Source: the human T2T-CHM13v2.0 reference genome, Homo sapiens. Taken from it: DNA of 64,000 nucleotides. The DNA is taken from assembly GCF_009914755.1 (NCBI RefSeq), contig NC_060926.1. The stretch is one strand, 5' to 3'. The notes beneath the pieces are model-generated. The model was not told where the DNA came from, searched no databases, and was given only the letters and a program-made list of their open reading frames with translations. Position numbers and translations under genes: made by a program. Each line of letters starts with the position of its first letter. Position 1 is the first letter of the stretch. Of the stretch, positions 56,031 to 64,000 are shown piece by piece.

Positions 56031-57589
56031 CAGAACAAAGATGAGGTAACAGGCTCAAGACAACTTCAATTTAGGAGAACACGTAGATATGAGTCAGTCA
56101 TCGCCTCCAAAACTTAACAACTGCCTTATTCAGCTCTGACACTAACACTCCACGTCCACACCAGCAGCATGAGTTATGTGGTCCTTCAGCAGCCTAAGTA
56201 GTGCATTGATATTCTGAGATACACAGTGTTCTTCAATGTGATAGATGCATTTTGCAATCCTGCACACCTTTGTATTATCATTGGCCCAATTGTCAATGCT
56301 AAGTTAAATTCACAACAGCAACATTATTCAAATAACTCTTTAGAACACTTGAAAATATGTCAGATAAACCAAAAATGTAATCCAATTCAAGAAGGTCTTA
56401 GATGAATTCAAAGGCAAGACTATGATTTTTTTTTATATTGCATGCACTACTCTAACAAATGTGGACAAGACTGTAATTATATCCTTTTTCTTGCCCAAAA
56501 ACCCCCACATAATAAATAAATAAAACATATATTTAAAACAAGATGGAACATTGGGTCATGTGGCTGTATTCATGAATTTATATTTATAGATTATTTCACC
56601 CAGATTATATTTTAACTTACTGGAAAAAATTATTCGATTCCAGTTTTATATTGTTGTTATGTGTGGGGATAAGGAGAGACAGAAAATGAATTACCATTGG
56701 ATGAGACAGAGGAAGAGGGGCAAGGAAAAGTAAGAATAAAGAGGAAGGGAAGAAGAAAAAAAAAAAGAAAAGGAAGAGAAAGTAATTTTGGCATTACTTT
56801 CACATGGAGTAATTTATGTATTTTAGTTATGCCTGAAAATTCACTGAGTATAAAAGCCAAGGATTATCTTTTGATGTGTACAATGCCATCTCTAGCATAT
56901 TTCATAGCTCATATCAGTCTCAGTGATTTTGTCTATATTTGAGTTTTTTAATCACATTGTTTCACCTTTTAGAAGGTTTAAAATTCCTTTTTTCCAACTA
57001 CTGATTAGCAACAAGAATTTTCAATTTTGTTAATGCATTTGAATTCCAATGCAATCACTAAGACCACATTAAATATATGGACCTGTTGTGTAAAAAGACA
57101 GTAGAACCTGTTCATAATTCAAAAGGAAAGTTGAAACTTTCTACCCCTCTTATAGGTTAAGGAGGCACCTGATCTAGTATAAGAAAGTCAGTTGATTTTG
57201 TAAGTTTAATCAGTTACATTCATTTTTATTCCAGTTATATCTGTATAATCTGGTCATTCAATAACAAGCAGATATGACCGTAGCCTAAAGAAGATGATGA
57301 AGTCATAATTACTTCCAACTAATTTATCTTCATCTTCAGTAACAGCCATAGACTTAAGGCCTTTGTGATATTAAGTTTAGTTATCAACATATTTCAGATG
57401 TGACTTAGGCTGCTTTAGCATATTACTTATTATTTTGGGTTCCTTGTTGTCAGTTACATGCTCTGAATTCAATTTTAGTATTTCTGTGTTTAGCTGAGAA
57501 AGGGAGTCTAGGAATTCCACCAAGGAACCCTTTTAATTTTGCAACTTGTTCTTTAGTATTTTTAAGATGCTCCCATAAACAGCATGTGA

Positions 57590-57730
57590 TTTGATCTTTG
57601 CAAAAATACAAGTGAAGAAGGTGAACACATGATATTATCCCTGTTTCACATAGGATAAAACTGAGGCTAAGATAGTCAATTTGCTCTTAAGTTACCCATT
57701 TGGAATTAGAATTCTATTCTATATTCTCTA
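57590..57730 (-). mobile_element. MIR
   Basis: tattatccctgtttcacataggataaaactgaggct. Confidence 0.65.
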
Positions 57731-57834
57731 AATTGTCTTAGACAAAGTAGACATCCCTGGTGACAGCTTTAGATGTCTTTAAGAATGAGGGACTGAAATA
57801 TAATATTAATATCTATGTACAAAAATTATGTGGA

Positions 57835-59170
57835 ATAAAAAGTTAATCACAGACCTAAAGGTAAAATGCAAAACTATAAATCTTCTATAGAATAATAGAG
57901 GAGAAAATCTAGGAGACCTTGGATTTGGTGAAGGCTTTTTAGATATAATACCAAAAGCACAAACTGTGAAAGAAAAAAATTGATAAATTGGACTTCATTA
58001 AAATAAAAATATTTTACTATGTGAACAACACTATGACAAGAAAGAAAAGGCAAGCCACAAACTGGAAGAAAAATCTTTGCAAAACATCTATCCAATAAAG
58101 GACCGGTATCCAAAAATATACAAAGAATACTTAAAACTCAACGATAAGAGAGTAAACAATTCAATTCGAAAATGGGCAAAATATCTGAACAGATACTTCA
58201 TCAAAGAAGATATACTACTGGCAAATAAACATATGAAAAGATGCTCAGCATTGTATGCCATTAGAAAAAGCCAGTTAAAACAACAATGAGATACCACTAC
58301 ACACCTATTAAAATAACCAAAATCTGGAACCCTGATGAAATTAAGTGCTAGTGGGGATGTGAAGCAACAGGAACATTCATTCATTGCTGATGGGAATGCA
58401 AAATGGTACAGCCACTTTGGAAGGCAGTTTGGCAGTTTCTTACAAAACTAAACATACTCTTACCATATGATCCAGCAATTGTGCTTCTTGGTATTTACCC
58501 AAAGGAATTGAAAACTTATGTCCACACAAACACCTGCACATGGAGTTTTATTCATAATTGCCAAAACGGGGAAGCAACCAAGGTAACCTTCAAAAGATGA
58601 ATGGATAAACTGTGGAACATCCAAAAAAAATTAAAATTAATTAGCAAGAAAAAGGAGTGAGCTATCAAGCCACAAAAAAAGCCATAGAAGACCCTTAAAT
58701 ACATATTACGGTGAAAGAAGCCAATCTTAAAAGGCTACTACATAATTCCAGTACTATGTAATTCTGGAAAAAGCAAAAATTGGAGGCATTAAAAAAAATC
58801 AGTGGCTGCAAAGAGTTTCAGGGGGAGAGAGGAATGAACAGGTAGAGTCCAGGGGATTTCCAGAGCACTGAAATTATTCTGTGTGATATTCCAATGTTGG
58901 ATATGTGTCAGAATCTCTTTGTTAAAACGTATAGAATGTACAACACAGGCAGTGAGCTCTAATGAACACTATGGCCTTTAGTAATTAATAATGTATCAAT
59001 ATTGTTGACCAATTATGACAAATGAGCCACACTAATGTAAGATGTTAATAAAGGGGAAACTGCTGGGAGTGGGAGTCTGGTGCATGAGGAGATACTTGGG
59101 AACTCTGTATTTTCTGATCAATTTTTCTTTAAAGTAAAACCTGAAATTAAAAAGTATCTTAAAAAAATAC
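57835..59170 (+). mobile_element. L1MC (MC1/2-like) ORF2 end and 3'UTR
   Basis: MVQPLWKAVWQFLTKLNILLPYDPAIVLLGIYPKELKTYVH; gaagcaacaggaacattcattcattgctg; 3'UTR tagaatgtacaacac. Confidence 0.9.
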
Positions 59171-60764
59171 AACCATGTGGAAAAACATATAGCAAAATGT
59201 CCTTTCAATTTTCTGTGAAGCTTGTTTTTACAAAATTAGTAAAGGGGAGGATTACTAGCCTCTGATTTAACCAGCCCATAACATGTTCATGTAACTGTTC
59301 AGAGTGAAAGATGAAGAGATAAATTTGTGATTCTTCTTCATTCAATGAATCCCCAAAGCCTTAACTCTTAAGCTGTTCCACCTACCATGGTTAAAAACAA
59401 AAACTAAAATCTTATGCACAGCGAGCACTAAAGACAGACAGTAATCACATTTATGACAAGAAAATATGTGTAAGTGATGTTTGCCTGCATTTAGTGGTGC
59501 ATGTTGCAGAAGATTTTTATTTGGAGCTCCTACTATTAAAAGTATAACAGCACAAATATGAGTGTGAGATATGCCCAGGCGCAAAAATACACATATATAT
59601 TCAAGCACAAATGCAAGCTTATGCATGCAAAAATGTACAGTATTAATGCCTTTGAGTTTAATTCTCCACAGGTAAATGTATCTAAATTATAACTTTCTAC
59701 ACAAAAATCTCAGAATTGAAACTCCCTCATTTCTTTCTGAAGTGAGATAATATCTATTTAACTTTGATCATGAAGCCTTCAGAAAGGGACTATGTCATCT
59801 TCCCCACTTAGAATAATGGTAGAAATTCTATCAGCCCCACAAATAACAATTAACAATAATAATAATGGTAATGTGAGAGCCAGTGTAAGCTATAATAATA
59901 CCCTAGATGAAATGAAGATCTGCCATCCTCTCTATCTCTATGCTCAGCCAGCCTGCTAATCAAACACTGGCAGAATGAACTGAAGTTTAAATGGCATCAT
60001 TATTATGATTTAAATATAAGTTCTTGTGAGAGACTGACAATCTTGGAAAGTAAAGTCATCCATTTATTCACAAAATCAAGAGAGCACTTGCAGTGAAAAA
60101 GCTCACTTCCCCTCCACTGACCTGCCAAGTAGCTTGAACTCTTTTCCAAAAGACCACATCTGGTGAGAAAAGAATCTTAACCATTAGGGTGCAGATGCCC
60201 ACATCATCATAACAAAAATAACAGTGCTGGCAAACTGGGGGCATTAAAAAATAAAAATAAAAAACTCTACGTGCTGTTCCCTGAAGACTCAGAGCATGTT
60301 CAGGCTACTGCAAGTCTCAAGAATTCCAAATATTATTCTTCCTTTCTTAGGAAGTTTGTCTGTAATAGAACTTAAACCAAAGCTGTGAGGGACATTCAGC
60401 TTACATTCTATCTCCAAATATTACTGCATGAGAGTTTCTGAAGGCCCGATATTCTACAGGGGCTTGATGGGAAAGAAACATACAAGCATTTAGTCTTTCC
60501 TGACTCTCTACTTACCAGTCTACCCAGTTCTTTGTTTCTGTCACATCTCAAAGGTCATAGAGCACACCGCAAGCAGATTAAAATATTGACAACCAAATTT
60601 CCATTGCACTTTCTCTAACTGAGCTTCAACAAACATCATTCCACACTGTCTTCTTTGAGTTCCTCATGATATTTTATAATTACTTCATGGTCTTTTTCTT
60701 TCTCCCTGAGTCAGCAGCCTCAGGAATGAAATTCTCTTTTACTGGGACAAATCCCAACTATATA

Positions 60765-60900
60765 TACAATAATACTAAAAACAGATTCACTTTTTGACCT
60801 TCTACATGCCTTATTTGTATTCACCAATTCAATCCTCAAAACCACCCTATGAATATCTCCATTTTACTGATGATAAAACTGAGGTCATTTCACAGAATTG
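60765..60900 (-). mobile_element. MIR
   Basis: aatcctcaaaaccaccctatgaatatctccattttactgatgataaaactgagg. Confidence 0.7.
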
Positions 60901-63900
60901 GTATTTGATGGAACTTATTTATAGGGATAGGTAGTCATGTTCTTCTTCCTCCCTCACCAATAGTTTGAACAATATAACACTAAGTACACAAGATGTCCAA
61001 TACTACATAAATTGTAATTAAATTCCATTTGATTCAAAATTAGGTTCAAGGGAAACAGAGCTTTCCCCACCAAGACACACTCTAATTTGGATCATCATAT
61101 TATGGTCCTGTACAGTGAGAACCTCCATCATCCTTTCTACCTTCTCCTCATACTTCCTTATGGACAGCCAGCCTCACATCAAACTTATTTCCCTGCAGTA
61201 TAGTCTGTTCCTAAATATTTCTACAGTCTGAATATTCTTTCCACCTTAGCACTATTTGGCTTCTCTCAAATCATCACAGATAGTATTTGATAAATAACTA
61301 AAATCTACGAGAATTCCTTAAGAATCATTTCAAAATGGCATTTCATGTCTAAATATAATAATTCAAATATGAACAATAAAATCTCGGTGGAATAAGTCAG
61401 AAAGAATCTGACACAAAAATATTATAAGTTCTATATATAATGAATAGCTAATTCTCTATGTCTTAATTCTTCCTGAACTACCTTAACCTTTTTCAACAAA
61501 AACCAAACCAAAACAAAACAAAATCCGCAAGCACCGCTACCAAAACACATACATACACAGAAACACACAATTATATATGGACATTGTAAATGAGTTTTTA
61601 AAAATTAGATGTTATAAATGGTTCTAGTTAATAAATAGTCTCATAGTAGGATGTAAAATGAATGTCATCATTTGACTAAAAATGACCAAAGCAAATATTG
61701 TTAATTGATTGTATTGGTCTTTCCCAACAAGCTAGTATAGTGTATTAGAATCATTTTTAAAAAACTCTTCATGCAGCAACATCTAGAGTTGGATTGTAAG
61801 ATGAAATGTATTTTCCATATTTGATTGAGTTAAATTATATCATATACAAATTTCCTAAGAATGTAAAAATATCATATCAACTTAGCTATTTCTGGCAAAG
61901 ATATTGTTATACAAGCCCCAGATGCAGAAGAAAAAAAAATAACACATGTATTTTATTCTGTTGTGACTCTCTTTTTTTCAAAGTTATCATCTGTCACAAT
62001 TAACTATCTAGCAGTTTGTGCTGGGCAGAGGACTCAGCTGTAGCTCTCACAGAACTCCGCTTCTCATTCACGTAAGTGGTTTCTTTCATGTTTGCTAACA
62101 TGTTGAGCTTTTTTTTTAAAAAAAAAAAACAAAAACAAAAACGCATTTTTATTTTTTTAGGTCTTCTTAACTATATTTTCCCTTTATATAAAAAAGATGT
62201 AATTCCCATTTTATCAATCTGCTGGCTTTATTTTCCAAGGAACAAGGAAATGTACATTAAAGGGAAGCAGAAAAAAATCTAACAAAGTGAATTCTACGAA
62301 TAGTTTGCTTGTAACTGCAGTAAAGGGAGGACTTTGCTTATAATTCAGATATTCTATGTGGGATACAAAATCTTAAGTATTTTCAAAGCCACTGTTTTAT
62401 AAAACAGAAAAATATGGAAACACACACAAAACAAACTATTCCCCATAGGAATCCAAAGAAAAACAACTCAAAGTTCATTTCATATTTGTTAAAATTTCTA
62501 CATACTTTGAATGAAAAATCAAGTTGAGAATGGCTTTTATCTTAAATAAAATCTGCCCCAGTGTTATCAGACTCACTATCCTCTTTCCAAGAATTATACT
62601 ACTTTCATATGGTGCAGAGTTAGTTTTATACAAAATAATTATATAGAACTGATCAATTTTCTGAGAAGTTGTTTATTTAAGGTTGATAATTCTCTAGCAA
62701 GAATGGAGCACACCATTTACAGTGTCTTAATTTTTTTTCTCCCCATAAAGAGGTAGTCACATTTTGCTATCCTCACTGAAAACAACACTGATGAAAATTG
62801 GCAAATCCTGGGTGTATCCTATAGGACAGTTAACTGATTGAGGGAGTGGTGGTGATATTGATTATGAGCCTCAGTATTGAGTCTAGCAGCAATCTCCCAT
62901 TTTTCCACCTTTTCCTTCAAACTTTAATCACATTGAATTGGGAGGGAGATCAGAGTGGACAATATACATTTTTAAAATTCTTGAAAAATCTAACAATTGT
63001 AAATGATTAGGCAAGAAGTGCAATTCCATTTTTTTAAATCAAAAAATTTTAGAGATAGAAGATTTACAGGGTATTTCATCAAGTGTTTTAAGTTGTAAAA
63101 CCATCTTAAGAAACAGAAATAAAGTACTCAGGGCTTTTAGGAATGTCATACAATTAAGTAGAAAGTTGACTCCAGATTCCTACTCTAGTACAGTTTTTAC
63201 TACCTCATATTGTCTCTGAAATATTTTGTATATTTTATTTCTAGTAGGCTTGTTGATTTGTCCTTTACTAATTTTTCTTTTACTTCTATCAAAGAGCTTC
63301 CAGGCATGCATGTAGTCAACCTGTCATCAAATGGAGCCCCTATGAGATATGGCATTCCATATTCTAAAGATGGAGAGAAAACATAGCCATGAGAACATCT
63401 TCTTCTTATGAAGATTTTAAACCAATACAACATTAAAATAACTATCAATTTTCAAGATAAAATACCCCTGTAATCTGGCTCTAACAATGTTAATCCATCT
63501 TTATACTAAATAAGACATGAGAATAGGTACATTGTCAATATAGACAAACCAGAGAGTTTGGGATTTGGAAAATGTATGGGAGAACTGCTTAGTTCTTCCT
63601 AATAAACAGATGTCCCATGTGTATCAGTAGGCTTCTCCACTGCACCCTCTACAGGCAGTGGCCTTGGCTTTATCCTGGGCATTTCTACTTCAGAGGCCAG
63701 CAAAACCCAGTGAGAACATTCTGACTGTGTTCTCTCAGCCTATACATCAATCTTTCAGAAACTCAGGATGAAGGCCCTTGTTTCTTCAATTTCTCATTTC
63801 CTAGAACCAGGATCACATTTCCTCCTAGTTATCACTTCTAATTTTATCACACCTTAAAAGGCTCACATCTGATTTCTTTAAACTTTTTGAAACGGACATC

Positions 63901-64000
63901 CCTATTTGTGAATGTTTACTGATTTATAAATTAATAATAACCTATTTATAAATTATGACCCTTATAATGATTTGTACATTATAAAATATATATAAAACAC

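Noticed and set aside
60707-60716. Perfect TGAGTCAGCA (MARE/ARE) motif
   Set aside because: Single isolated 10-mer with no supporting context
62040-62080. + strand donor CAC|GTAAGT
   Set aside because: Isolated site with no strong acceptor or promoter evidence

Overview
AT-rich, CpG-poor primate (human-like) genomic DNA with no recognisable cellular protein-coding exon, RNA gene or CpG island. It reads as intergenic DNA or the deep intron of a large gene. Roughly half or more is transposon-derived. The LINEs are a full-length, TSD-flanked but inactivated L1PA6-like element (27994-34191), a 5'-truncated L1PA7-like element and several old L1M pieces. There are also six Alus, MaLR/ERVL/ERV1/HML-8 LTRs, an ERVL gag-pro-integrase relic, MIR/L2/CR1 relics and DNA transposons (MER5, MER44, MADE1). 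The longer ORFs that can be assigned are L1 or Alu fragments; the rest look like chance ORFs. I found no convincing new biological system. The best leads are several well-formed minus-strand candidate exons (matching a + strand bias of the L1s), an L1 ORF0 frame still open but with ATG>GTG, and an L1MA with a double inversion between TSDs. Others are a chimeric old L1, a palindrome-rich candidate ancient element (54785-55016), a MADE1/miR-548-type hairpin extended by its flanks, and an unexplained local duplication. Subfamily names come from recalled consensus motifs, and boundaries of old repeats are approximate.
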